DNA from: Cenococcum geophilum
Lineage: Eukaryota
Length of the DNA stretch: 64,000 nt
Direction of reading: 5' to 3'
NCBI GenBank assembly: GCA_050273025.1
Contig: CP158636.1
Coordinates: forward strand, 5,518,001 to 5,582,000
The translations under genes were made by a program, and so were the position numbers. Position 1 is the first letter of the stretch. Each line of letters begins with the position of its first letter. Positions 1 through 13,400 of the stretch are shown here, piece after piece. The notes below the pieces were generated by a model. It was not told the DNA's origin. It saw only the letters and a list, made by a program, of their open reading frames with translations, and searched no databases.

Positions 1-1200
1 TTACCTTCTAGGAACTTAAACAAAAAGTTAGTCAATATTACTTTAAGAAAACCCTAATTTTATAGTTAGTAAGTTTTATTTACCGGTATATTTATATTAG
101 GAAGGTTAATACCAGAGGGTATAAGCGGGTATATTAGGTAGATTTAAGCTAAGGTAAGAAAGGGGTTTAAAAGGAAGCTAATAAAATAGTAGAGAGAAAG
201 CGGAAGACTTACCAATATTTATACTTACCCTCAGCCTTCCTTAATTAAACACTATAAACTTAAACTATTAAATACAATTTTACTAAGCCCAATAAGCTTG
301 ATAATATGCACCCTACCTAAAGTGACGGGAATTTTAGCTTCCATGCTCTTTATCAAGTTATATCTATATATACTACCTTACTCTGCCAAGCATCAGCCCG
401 CCATAGGCGCGATTTTGGCCTCTATAGTAGCGTTCTAGATCGTATTAAGGGCTGCAATCTAGAAAATGGGCTCTTTGCTACGAAGTTGTTTAGAAATTAA
501 AGGATATTCATCTATTACTAAACGTAAAAGGTATATACATTAGTGACTAGGCAGAGGCCCCTATTTTTATTAGGGGCGTATATAGTTTATAAGGCTAAAT
601 ATCCGTTACGTATTGATTTCCTTAATATAGGAAAAGAAATAGCAATTCTATAAGAGTATTATAAATATAAAGGTATACGAGGTTACGCGGTACGATATTT
701 CGCCTTTTACTACAATAATAGATATTAAATCTATAAGGAAGCTAAGTATAGCGTAAGCTATTAGCTATAAGAACTAAGCCTAAAATAGTTTAAAGGAATA
801 AGCGATAATAAAGATCTCTATAAAATAGATCTAAGAGAATATCTAAACTAAGATAAGGAAGAGAACCTTAGTAATATAAAAAATATATAGGATAAATATT
901 ACGCTATAAGAGCCGGAATAACTTTATAAGTAACCCTAGAGAAAGTAGAAGAACTATAAGAAACCCTAGAGAATATAAAGGTAGATATTAAAATAGTTAT
1001 AGACGTCTTAGTAGTAGGGATTAAGACTCTGTTAAATATAATAACTATCACTTCGTAAGATAGAAGGGAGAGTAGTTAAGAGAATCTAAGTACGTCAGGA
1101 AAAAATTTACTAGCATTTTTGCAGCATTTGGCGGCATTTGGCGGCCAAATGCGCAATCCGCGCACTGCAACGTGTAGCGTATAGTATTAACTTAGGTATA

Positions 1201-1473
1201 GCATACTGCCGCATCTAATAACGCGATGTAGCATACTGCCGTATCTAACAACGCGGTGTAAGTATACTGCCGTATCTAATAACGTAATATAGCATACTAC
1301 CGCATCTAATAACGCGGTGTAGTATACTGCTATATTTAATAACGTGGTATAAGTATACTACTATATCTAATAACGCGGTATAGTATACTACCGTATCTAA
1401 TAATATAGTATAGTATACTGCCGTATCTAATAACGTGGTATAAGTATACTGCTGTATCTAATAACGCGGTATA
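1201..1473. repeat. Minisatellite, 9 units of 30-31 bp (approx. GCATACTGCCGTATCTAATAACGCGGTGTA), probable subterminal repeat of the Plavaka element
   Basis: Units start at 1201, 1231, 1262, 1292, 1322, 1353, 1383, 1413 and 1444; differences between units are mostly C>T/G>A transitions. Confidence 0.92.
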
Positions 1474-2299
1474 GCTAATTGCGTATTTTGTGAGGTGATA
1501 AGCTCCGCACTACTCAGCCATATAAACCCGCAAAAGGTAAACGAGTAACTGGCTTGATGCTAGACACGGCTGTGCGGAACAATACATATAGGCGAGGTGA
1601 CTTCGTCACCTGACATATTTATAGTAACTTAGTTAAGTAGTGCCTTTATTCTATTAAGCTCTCTCTATATTTAATATATAATTAATATATAATACCCCCC
1701 TTACGTATTCTATATATCTTACTTACTTTAAGTAATAGATAAGCGTTGCTCTTCTTACGCACTTAATAGTATTTACTTAGTCTACGCGGTTAGTAGTATT
1801 TACCTATTCCGCGTAATTAGTATACTTTACTTAGTCTACGTAGTTAGTACCCTTTACTTATTTTACGTAGTTAATATTCTTTACTTATTTTATATACCTA
1901 GTATATACTATATAAAGAATATATTTTAACTTAATAGTAGTATAGTATAACCTTAATACGCCCAATAATGCCCTTTAGTTAACCTACTATTTTAAGTTTA
2001 ATATTTATATAAGTCCTACCGCAATAGTAATACTATACTATTAAACCCCGAATTGTCTTTATTCTTACTGTTATTTTCCCTATCTATCTTACTACCTTTT
2101 CTACTCTTATCCTCTTTATTAGCAAATTTTAGTGTTATTAATCTATCTCTACTCTATAGGCGGGCCTTTATATCCTTTAATATAGTACTATTTATAATAT
2201 CTATAACCTTAGACTTGCCGGTAAAAGTATACCGTAAAATATAGTAATTAATTCCTATTTCCTATTTATTATTACCTTAAATTTATTTAAGACGCGCTT

Positions 2300-5200
2300 A
2301 GATAATATTAATATTATAGTTATATAGCATTAAAATCGTCTTATTAATATACTATAAGGAGACCTTATATATAGTTTTGGGGTTTATTCTTAGCAATAAA
2401 TATACTAAGCTACTACTATCCTATTATATTATCTTTATTAACCTATATATAACAATTAAAATAGCGTAATATTATAATATAGGAAACGGCGGTAAAGTGC
2501 TATAGTATATAGCGAGTATCGCGATATAATTAATATAATATTATATGTTTATACTTATAGTATACGGTTATTAAGTAAACCTATTATTATATTTAAGATC
2601 TAGTTCCTTTAAATCTTCTATAGTATCCTTAAATAAATTACTAATTACCTACTAAGTCTATAGTATCTTATCTTTAGTTATATTCCGTATTTTGTTAAGT
2701 TATTATAAAAGTAGCCTATATAGCCTTTTATTATACTTAAGTTAGTAGCTCTTTTAGGTATTTTATAGTTGCTCCTAACTATCTATAATATACTTTAGTA
2801 AGTATAATAAAAGGCTTCCTATAGATTTACCTATAATTATAGCGTTGGCTTTAAACTTAAAAATAACTTATATTCCGCTTTTATAGTCCTTAAGAGTATA
2901 TTAAATCGCTATATATATAAGCTATATTATATTAGCTATAATAGGCGAGAAGAGGTTAGTACTATTCTTATTAAGGGCGAGTAACCTTAGCCTAGTATTA
3001 AAGAACACGCGCTTAATATAACGTATAATAATTAGCGCCCTAAATCTTATCTCTCTATTTTAGCCTTAGTTAGTTAGGTATAATAAAAGGCAGAGTACTA
3101 ACTAGGCCACTAAGTGTAAAGCGGTTATCCTTAAGTAGTTTTGCTACTTCCTTTACTATGGCCTTAATATCTAGTTTAAGGCAGTAATAGCTCCTAGTAA
3201 TAGTATCGCGTACTATATTTATTATATAATACTAAAACATGCTAAGCTAGTCGTATAGCTAGAAAATTAATTAGTATAGTATTACTAAATTTAAAAACCA
3301 CGAACCTTATATACCGCTAGCCCCAATAATATACTTAATACTCTATTTATCAGGTTTTTGTAATAGTCTATAATAGTAATTACCTCTTTCTACGTCTGCT
3401 TTATTAGTGTATTTAAATTGCTTATATTTATTTCTAGCTAGGGAGAAAGATAGAGCTCTTTAGGTATAGAGCCTGTTATTACTTATATAATAAGACGTGT
3501 TTAAGTAATACCGTATATCTTTATATTAACTAGGCTAAGTAGCTGCTTTATATATTATCCAAAGTTATCCTATAGCGGTTATTTATTTAAGTAATATATA
3601 CTTTTCTTTTAAGTGTGGGTTTTGGATATCTTAGGGTCGCTTAGGGTTTATAGGCTTTTATCTAATAAGAACAGGACTGTCTATTAGGATAATATTATTA
3701 AAATTAATAATAATAGGTTGTACTATAGCATATTAATAATAGCCTTACCTAGATTCTTAACTAGGAGGAAGAAGACAGCGGTCTGCAATAGACGCAGTCT
3801 TATTACTTCTAAATAATATCCAATCTAAAAATAGTAGGAAAAAAGCTAGACAAAGGATAGCCACTACGTTATTCCTAGACGTAAGAGGGGCTTTTGACCA
3901 TGTCTCTAAAAACCAGCTTTTATCTATCTGTAAGGAACTAGGACTACCTATAGCGTTTATATAATGGGTAGCTACTTTCCTTAGCAATAGAAAGCTATAG
4001 CTCTCCTTTAATGGGCAAATATAAGAAAAAGTAGAACTAGAAATAGGGATACCATAGGGATCGCCTATATCCCCTATTTTATTTCTACTATATATACGCA
4101 ATATCTGCAGCATATAGACAGAAGGAGCCTACCCTCTTAGCTATATGGACGATTTTGCAATTATAGTTACCTTAAATTTAGCCAAGTCTAATTGTAAAAA
4201 GCTAGAGAGAATAGCGCTAGAGCTAATGTCTAAAGCTAAGGAAGCTGCTATTAGTTTTGATGTTAGTAAAACAGAGCTTATACACTTCCATAGTAAACGC
4301 ACTACTATAGAAGAAGGGTTAAAGCTAGGAGACGTAGAAATATCTCCTAAACCCCTAGTTAGGTGGTTAGGGGTATTTCTAAACTCTAAGCTTATATTTA
4401 AACAATATATAGAAATACAAATCTCTAAAGCAAAAACAGCCTTCTATTTAATTAGAAGACTAGGCAATACATAAAGAGGTCTATCTTTATAAGCCCTACG
4501 ATAGCTCTATATAGCTTGCGTTACCACTATAGCAGACTACGGTGTATAATGCTGGTGGAAAAGCAAATCTAGAGACTACCTACTAAATAGGTACCAATCT
4601 CTATAAAATAAGGCCCTAAAACTAGTTCTAGGAGCGTTTAAAGGATCTCCTAGCTAAGCTGTAGAGATCGAAGCCTCTATTCCTCCTCCTAGAATTAGAT
4701 TTAAAAAGCTTTGCAATAACTACGCATTAAGAATCCTAAAATTCAAGGAAAACTACGTAATTAAGAAGGTCTATATAGAAGAGATCAACAAAGATAGGGA
4801 CGAATTAGCAGCTAATTCTAGCTCTAGTTCTAGCCCTAAAAACTCTACTATAAAGTACCTCTTATAGCCAAAGATATAGCTACTATCTTTAGCCTCTAGA
4901 GTTTAGCAGCTAATTTAAAACTGGAAAATAGAGAGAATCTCTCTAGAATGGCAAAAACCGTGGTCTCCCCCTATCTCTGCGTTCTTTTCTATCTTAAGGG
5001 GTAGTAAAGAAGAAGCTGCACAAGAACATCTAAGACTAGTAGAAAATTTATAAGAATCCCTAGAGTGGGACCTAGTAGATATATACTATATAGATTGCTC
5101 TAAAGACAATAAATTAAATGTAGCTGCTATATGTAAAATAGGGGAGAGAAATAGGATTAAATATGCAACGAATTGGAATCTAGGACCCTATATGGAAATT

Positions 5201-6900
5201 ATAGACGCAGAGCTTTATGCAGTCTATAGGGCCCTAGAACACCTAAAATAACAAAGACTAGAAGAGAAATAAGTCTATATCTTTATAGATAGCCAAGCGG
5301 CTATTAAGAGATTACAGCTTAATTCTCTTATAGGGGGCAAGAACTAGTCTTTAAAATTACGCAAAGCTGTTCCTATTTAGCTAGTAAGGGGATCTCTATT
5401 AACTTCTACTGGGTTTCTAGCCATTTAGGAATCTATGGGAACGAAATAGTAGATAAGCTAGCAAAAAAGGGCCTTTTTAGAAGAAAACTATAATCTTTTT
5501 ATACCTCCTTAGCCTATATAGGGAGAGCGGCAAGAGAAGAGATACTAGAATAGTGGAAAAACAACTGGCAGCAGAATAAGAATAAAGGAAAACACTATAC
5601 TAGGATCTGTAAAGGAAGCCATTCCTTTTCTCTTAAAGCCCCTAAGGATAAATATCCTTAAAGGCTATAATTGGCTTTCTTCTAGCTAAAGCTAGGAAAA
5701 GGCTATTTTAAATCCTTTACTAAAATAATAGGAGAGGATAAAGAAGGTAGATGCTTTAGGGAATGTAGAGCACTACAAACCCCTAAACATCTACTACTAG
5801 ACTGCAATCTATATAGGGAAGAAAGAAGAGAAATGTGAAAGAAACTAGGCTCTTCTCTCTTTTTAAAGAAGCTATTTTGTACACAAAAAGGAAGAGAGGC
5901 GCTTTTTCTATTTCTAAGTAGGATAGGGATAGCTACTAGAAAGTGGCTAATAACAGCAGGATCTATAGGAGGTAACTCCTACTAGGCTCCTAAAAAAGAG
6001 ATATTAGTAAGCAAAAGGATAGAAATAAATTACAAAAGGACAGGGAAAGGCGTTAGGATTTCTTATCCTTTATAGTTTTCTACCGTTTTCTTATTCCCTA
6101 GTAGTTGCTTATAACTTAGTATTTTACTAAGGAACTGTAAACCCCTAGTTTAGGGGCTTATAAACTACTAGGACATAGTTACTAGTATATGTTAAGCTGC
6201 CCTAAGGGATTCATGTATATAGGACTATAGCGCCATAGCCTAGAGGCTGCATGCGCAGTATTGTACGTAGTATAATATAATGGATATAAAATAAAAAATA
6301 AAATAAAATAAAATAGCCTTACCTTTTAATAAAGATAGTTACAGTATAGAGCCTAATATTATCCCCTTTAAGATCTAGATTATTTTAAAAGCTACTACTT
6401 AACTTACGGCTTCTTTATTTACTTTTTTATAGGATAAGTAGAGGATAAGTATATTAGTTTAGTAGAACTATTTGGCTTTTATACGCACCTTACTTCCCTA
6501 AAAAACGCTAGATAGTTTAAAGTCTTATACCTAATATACTTTAAATAATAACCTAATTAACTTTTATAATATAAATTAGGCATTTCTTACTAAGTATATA
6601 AAAAGGAGTTTTGGTAAACTTGTAATAATAAGTTAGGAGGGCGGCCTAACTATTTATTAGGCTTTATAACGGGGCGATTAGATTACCTTACTATAGTATA
6701 AAATCCTACTTTATATAATATTTTTTCTATACTATATAGAAGCCTAGTTCCTCGCAATATTTACCTACTTTTAAGGTAAATAGTATAGTGTATAGAATAT
6801 AAAGGGTAGCTAGCGCGTAAAGGGCGATATATAGTAGTATTATGTTCTAGTTTATTATAGTCGCGGCAATCTACCCCTTTATTGTAATTTAGCGCCGCTA
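2300..6900 (-). pseudogene. RIP-degraded gene resembling the DUF6532 family, interrupted by the LINE at 3751-6311
   Basis: Read-through near 3300-2850 gives KLLKDNRFTL..[intron GTTAGT..CTAAC..TAG]..RF.A.IIIRYIKRVFF..R.R.LAL...LFSPI.ANNIAY....LKDYKSG, which resembles DUF6532 motifs as recalled from memory. Boundaries are approximate. Confidence 0.4.
3751..6311 (+). mobile_element. 5'-truncated Tad1-clade LINE (RT, RNase H, C-terminal Cys/His knuckle), RIP-inactivated
   Basis: Motifs FLDVRGAFDHV (~3870), GIP*GSPISPILFLLY (~4046) and SYMDDF (~4140); RNase H DAELYAV, VYIFIDSQAAI and WVSSHLGIYGNEIVDKLAK; CFRECRALQTPKHLLLDC. It ends in a (TAAAA)n tail and has TSD AATAGCCTTACCT at 3738-3750 and 6312-6324. 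Confidence 0.95.
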
Positions 6901-6939
6901 ATTATAACTTACCACTATTTTAGCTAAGTTGTATTTATT

Positions 6940-9900
6940 TACCGCCTAGTATAAGCCTATTTCCTTACATATACATTAACCTATACCCTATTTATTTGCT
7001 TAAAATCTTCGTTATATATAGTATTATATATATCCTAATCACTATAGTTATTTATAAAGAAACAGTCTATAACGTTAATATCTATTAGTACGAGTGAAAT
7101 AGGCCTTATAATATAGTTAATATTATATATCTAGAGGGCATCTAGTGTACGTTTCGTCCTACTATTAGATGGCTTTATGCTCTATACTCTAAGTATTTTA
7201 GTTCTTATATTAATCTTACTACTATTATAAACTTAGAGGGTCTCTACTAACACACTAGCGTATTTTAGGTATTTGCCCTTACTATCTAATTACCTAGTAT
7301 TTTGGATTGTAAGTAGTAAATAAAGCCTCCTTACTTTATTACTATAGAAGCTATTATTTACCTGCTTATATTCTTATACTATTATAGCATTATAGCAGGG
7401 GGCTCTAGTATTAGCCTATAATAGGGTATATTAAGTAAATACCTTATTAAGCTTATTGGTGTTAGTAGCGTCCTTTCTAAAGCAAATATAGTATATAACG
7501 CTATAATAGATACTTAAGGGCATCTTTAATACCTAATTATTATTAGCCTCTAGTCGGTTAACGTCCTAGTTTATTTACCGGATTTTGTTAATCTGCTTAT
7601 AGCATTCCCTTATAAAGGGGGCTAGTTTAAATATAAGGTCGGTAATCTCTATCTAGCGCTATACCTCCTTAACCATATACTAGATAGATATATTAATTCT
7701 CCGGTCTTAAAGTGTTTAAGTTATATAGTTGTTAAAGTTCTATATATATAAGCGATATACGCATATATTAACTATAGGGCCTAGTTATATTATCTATATT
7801 ACGCTTATTAGGTCTACTATATTAATTATATTAGTTAATACCTATAGCTTAAGTTCGTTTTAAAGCATAGTATTAAAATATATAGTGTTATATTATAGCA
7901 TCTGCTCTTTATAGTTATTCCATTTATTAGTCCTATAGTAGAATGCCTTTTATAGCTTATATACTTACTCTAAATACTCTATATCTATACCTCCAATTAC
8001 TCCTAGTTACTAAATACTCTTTAAATAGTAGGTAATAATATATAGCTTAGGAATATTAAAGTATAGTAGTTCTACCTTACTTAGTTAAAACGGAAGGAAT
8101 ATATCCTTTATCTTATCTATTCTATAAATAGCTACTACTAGGTACCGGATAGTTAATTTGTTATATAATATATATTAAGATAGTATAGTAAAGTCTATAA
8201 ACGCCTAGATATATAGTATAGCGCCTTTATTTTATTTTAGTAAGGGTGCTATAATAGGGACTAATTATTATAACAGAGATTTATATATCTTTCCTATTTA
8301 TTAACTAACATTTACCTAGCTATCCTATACCATTATATTGGTAAATTATTCCACCTATATAAAGCGGGTGGTAATAAGTATATTAATATTTAACATCTCC
8401 TAGCCGTAACTATCTATACACGGGATATTAAGGCCCTAATATTTTCTAGCCTATATTTCGCTTTATATAAGCCCTTTAATCCAATATATAAGATATTTAC
8501 TAGTAAGGCCTTTAAGCACCTAGTACAGGAAATTAGGCGCTATTATCTTGTAGATATTAAATAGATTATAGCCCTATATAAAGTTGCGGAACGGCTAAAT
8601 ATAATCTAAATTATCCTTTTTATTAGTATTATAACCTTCCTACTACATTTATATTTAGTCTTTTATTAATTAGTATATATAAAACAGCTACGATCGCTAG
8701 ATAGCAGTTATTAGATTATGCTGTTTATTCGTATATATATAATAAGTTAAATATTTACGGCTACTTTTAATACCTATAAGCGTAACCTATTCTTTATAAT
8801 TAGCTATAAATATAGCTAAAAGTAGAAAGCAGTGTTAATCCTAACTATCCGCGTATAGAAGATATACTCCTTCTTTACTAGCTTTCTTTAACGCTATCAG
8901 CATTATTAGCATAACTATATTAGTAGTAGGGTTATCGCTAAAGTATACGTTTAAGAATAGCTATAAGGGTCTTATATTACACCGCTAGTTATATTATTTA
9001 GTTACTAAGTATATAGACCAGAAGGTATATAAGCAGTAATAGGGCTAGTTAATTTATAGATTATTAAATACGTAGTTTAATATTTCTAATTAAAATATAG
9101 AGCGGCTATACTTTCTTACCGCCGGCATATTATATTAGTTAGGTCTTATCGCTAGCTAATATAATTAGTACTATAGTTACGCTAAGTAGTAGCTGCTCTT
9201 ATGTCTTCTACCATTAGTCTGCTATATTAAGCTTATTGTATATTCTTATTTCTATTAATAAGTACTACCTTACTAGCAAGAAAGTTATATCTCCTTAAAA
9301 AGGGCCGTAACTAATAACGAAGGATATAATTTCAAAAGTATTTTAGTAACATACCAGCAGCTGCTAGTCCCCTACAGTTATAATTATTTTAATCTACTAC
9401 GGTTAATTACTCTTAGATTATATCTGTTTTAAAAATAGTTTTACTTTAATATTATTAGCACTCTAGCAAGAAAAATAGTTAGTAAATACTCCCTAAAGCC
9501 TAATATTATTAAACCACTTATTAATAGCGCGGTTAAAAGTCCTATAGCTTACCTACTATAAAACCTATACGTATTCTACCTTATTACTAAATAAATAAAA
9601 TAGGGGAAGTATCTTATCTAGTGCACTACTAGTACACTTAATACGCGGTATAATATCGTATACTACTATAGTATCGTCCGTAGTTTGCGGATTTCCTTAG
9701 TTCCGTTTTAGAGGCTTTCCTACAGCATAGCTAGTAGCCTTTTTAAATATTTTAGTCTAAAAGACGTCTATAGATGTTCTAGTTAAAGTTTACTAATTAG
9801 TTTTAACTATTACTAGGTTATACACCCTATTAAATATTACGGAATTATTATTATAGTGCATATCTGCAGCCCTATTATTTAGCTTATTAATAATATTATT

Positions 9901-10100
9901 TCCTAGAGCTTATATAGGTGGCCACTTATTACCTTACTCCGATTCGGCCTTATAATTAGTTATATAATACCCTTTTAAGGTTTAATAGTATAATAGTATA
10001 TTATTGTCTATATATTATATAAGTGGCTACTTATTATATTACTCTAGCTTAGCCCTATAATAGGCTATCTAATACTCCTCTAAGCTTTAATAGTGTAAGG
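6940..10100 (-). mobile_element. Plavaka-type transposase pseudogene (copy A)
   Basis: De-RIPed read-through gives RIYNELNTADWWWKTQEQLP..ATIVPIILASDKTQLT.YAGGKK.WPLYI.IGNI (~9250-9080), APDFLHQVLKG (~8540) and FNIPKLH..THY..SIRQLG..G.DTE..E..HK..K.FY.RTNK (~8060-7920). Confidence 0.88.
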
Positions 10101-10919
10101 ATACATTATTTTTTATCTCTTTAATATTAACGCCCTTATGTCTACCCTTCTTCCGTTTCTATTATTTTAGACAATATTATTTATAACAGGTTAGACCGCC
10201 TATGCTTTTTACTTTAGTCCTGCACTTTCTATATTACCGCTAAATAGAGCTTATTTATAAATTGCCGCATTAAGCTATAATTTGCTGCAGTTTAGTTAAA
10301 AGGGGGCCGAAAATAATATCTGTGTGGAACCGTATATTTAAAGTAGTATTTATAGCTTATACTATATTATAAGCCAGTTAAGATAGGAGGAGTATAGTAA
10401 GAGTATGGCGATATCCGTGGACACTAATGCGCTAAATAGCGCAACCTATTGCGTTTTACGCTAATTTACGCTAGATCGCGTTACGTTAGGCTAGGAGACT
10501 CTACTTATTACTAATATCGCGCCGCCTCTCTGTTATACTAAGCATAGAATTCTAAATACTACTATTCCCTACTTAGGATACTAGACTGTTTTTTATAATA
10601 GGACGCAATATATAATAGCGGTATATTATAAATGCGGTATAGTATAACTTTGCAAGCGCTATAAACCCGCGAAAAGATATACAGCTTATTACTAGCTTAG
10701 GCATTACTATAGAGAGACTTAATACTATTAAGCGGACTTTTAAGTAGGTTATTATTAAGGACGGCATCCTATACGTTTTATTTCGCGAATAATTAAATAA
10801 TTTGCTGCGCGAGCAGGCGATCTAGAAAGTTATTTATTAGGTAGTAGAATATAAAAAGGTATTAGCGCTATAGGTATATAAGGCTACATCAGGAAAATGT
10901 TTATACCTCCTAATAGTAC

Positions 10920-11160
10920 TAACAGGTTCCTAATAGCTCCTGTCAGGGCTGTCAGGAGCTTTAGGAGACACTCACACTCGGCTTCCTGTCAGGAGCCTGT
11001 CAAGAGGCCACTCGGACCACCTGGACCGCCGGGACCGCCGGGACCGCCAGGACCGCCAGGACCGCCAGGACCTCTAGGACCTCTAGGATCTCCAGGACCT
11101 CCAGGACCTCCAGGATCTCCAGGACCGCCAGGACCACCAGGACCGCCAGGACCTCCAGAA
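10920..11160. repeat. Left subterminal region: CCTGTCAGG motifs plus ~16 units of 9-bp CCAGGACCG
   Basis: Directly visible; it produces the spurious (GPP)n ORF 10897-11166. Confidence 0.9.
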
Positions 11161-11499
11161 CAATAAGAAAAATAAAACCCTAGATTTAAAAATTAAGTAT
11201 ATTAGTAAAATATTAGTTTTTCTACTACCTTTAAATTATATAAATACTTAAGTAGATATAATACTTTAGCATTTATAGCTGTCTAAAAAAAATAAAAGCT
11301 AGCCTAATAATTTAATAATGCTAAAGATTTTATTAATTCTCTATATTAAAATAAGTTAAAACAATAAGTATAAGAGGCCTAGCCTAACTGCTAAAGTAAT
11401 ATAAATATCGTTTTGGAATCGCGTGTGCTAGTATAAGTATAAAAAGTTTAGATTTAGACTTGGTAATGCTATATAACGCTATATACTTTAAAAATCCTC

Positions 11500-13400
11500 C
11501 TTACTACTCTGCTGAAAAATAACCCCTCTATAACCTTTTACAAACCATATAAACTTCTAAAATGCCTCATCATTATATACATACTAATCCTTACTAGCGT
11601 TACTATTATACTAGCCAGCTCCATTATCTGGTAAACCTAGGGTATTCTTAAAATCATCCCATATAAATTTAGAGTGGATAGGTACTTATACCCGCACTTT
11701 CTTCTAGCCTATTATAATTAAGTAAAAATCTAATATTTCTTCTTCACCCTAAATACTTATAATTCCCTAAACGGTTATCTATATAGATACTTAGAGTTAG
11801 TATATAACCATAAAAAGAAACTTAGAATTAAAGAAACCCAATACTATACCGGGTTATTCCCCTTTAAGGCACTACCTCCAATTTGTTTAGGTCTGGGTGA
11901 GCTAGAAGAGTAGAGCTGCATTAATAAGGTAGAGTAATCCGAATTAGCACCGCCGCACCGCATTTAAATAGCAGCCTTTAAGCTTTCGGTGCTCTTATTG
12001 TCTAAATCCTTAAATAAATTATCTAAGATATTATTATATGGATTCCGCCATAGTTTAGCGTTAGGGCACTGTTTGTCTTCATTATCGTAGCGTAGTGCCC
12101 TTATCTTCGCATCTTTAAATATATAAAACTTAATTGCGACCTGGCGGTGTAGTGCCATAGCGTCCTATATTATAAGTAGCTCCCTATAGATTACTTTATC
12201 CTTATTAGCAGTTAGATATAAGATATAGTAAATTTATCCTACCTCGAACCTCCTCGCTACCAATATACTTAATAGTCTCATAGTGGCCGGGCAGGTACTC
12301 CTAGATACCGTGCCTTAAACTGACCGCAATAAAGTATATAGTTGCGCCAGCAAGCTTATAAAAATATTTAGCGGAAGACCGGTGTTTAGCTATTCCTATT
12401 AAACTATTTACCCAGAATATATCCGCGTAGGCAGCGACAATTGCTTTATAGTAGAATTGTCTCTTACTAACCTATTAATATTAGTAAAGAAGTATAGTTT
12501 CCGTTTACAATATATGATATAAAAAGGGGGGCTACTAGTGGAAGATAATAGAAAGTAAAAGAATTTATAGTGGAAAGAAGCAGAATTATTAAAAAAAAGT
12601 AGGTAAATTCGTGAGATAGAAAATGGTGGAAAGATTAGGTGGAAAATGGAAGAAATTTAATACGAAGGATGGCTGAATTTAGGGGTAAAAAACGGCGGAT
12701 CTCTAGCATAAAGAAATGGACATAGTAATGGAGGGGTATATTTAAGAAGCACTTACCTTTTCAGCCTATTTAAATGTAAAAGAGTGGTCTTTTAGTAACC
12801 TCTTTACCTTTTTAGTATTATTACCGAAGCCTAGGCCATACACTTCCTTAATAATAGCCCGGAACTTGCGATTTACTTTAATTCTAAAGTCTCCTAACCT
12901 ATCCTTTATCTACGCGTATTTAGTTTATATAACTCCCCAGCATATTAATATACTAAAAGTACCTTACGTATACTAACTTAATTAGGTTTATAATCTACTT
13001 ATTTTCGTTCCTTCCTTAATAGATAAGCTCAGGTTACAGTCCATAATTTAATAATTAGCGTCTTTAACGTAGAAGGAAATTGATCCACCCAGGGGTCAAC
13101 TTATAGATTTAAGAATCCGCCCTTACCTGTGTATATTTTCGCGAGAAATATACTTGTCGCTCAGTAGAGAACGGCTTTATACGCATTCTTAACCTTCCAA
13201 TTTATATAGTATCCGTAGTGGTCCCATATAAAACGCGCTCCAAGATAATATTATGTTTATACTTATACATACATCCTTTTCCAGTTAGTTTTATTTATAT
13301 TAGATTCTGCTAATCTATTATAGGGAGGTAAGTTAAAATTATTATTAATATTATAGATAAATATGGCATCTGGTAATATAGGGCTTAATTAACGGGGGCG
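11500..13400 (-). pseudogene. RIP-degraded spliced gene(s) of unknown function inside the Plavaka element
   Basis: Protein-like read-through (ORF 11964-12158; WDHYGYYINWKVKNAYKAVL near 13225) and a minus-strand GT donor (CTTACC at ~12752). No family was recognised. Confidence 0.45.

Noticed and set aside
1201..1473. CRISPR-like array of 30-bp palindromic repeats
   Set aside because: Units are contiguous with no unique spacers, there are no cas genes, and the DNA is eukaryotic.
3757..4113. 118-aa minus-strand ORF
   Set aside because: Antisense to the LINE reverse transcriptase.
6325..10100. Initially suspected Gypsy pol on the minus strand
   Set aside because: The motifs match Plavaka transposase (ADWWW, SDKT, LHQ.LKG, PKLH), not RT or integrase.
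10897..11166. Collagen-like (Gly-Pro-Pro)n ORF
   Set aside because: It is a translation of a 9-bp DNA array near a transposon end, with no signal peptide or gene context. A related array at the other end gives an unrelated (PDR)n peptide.
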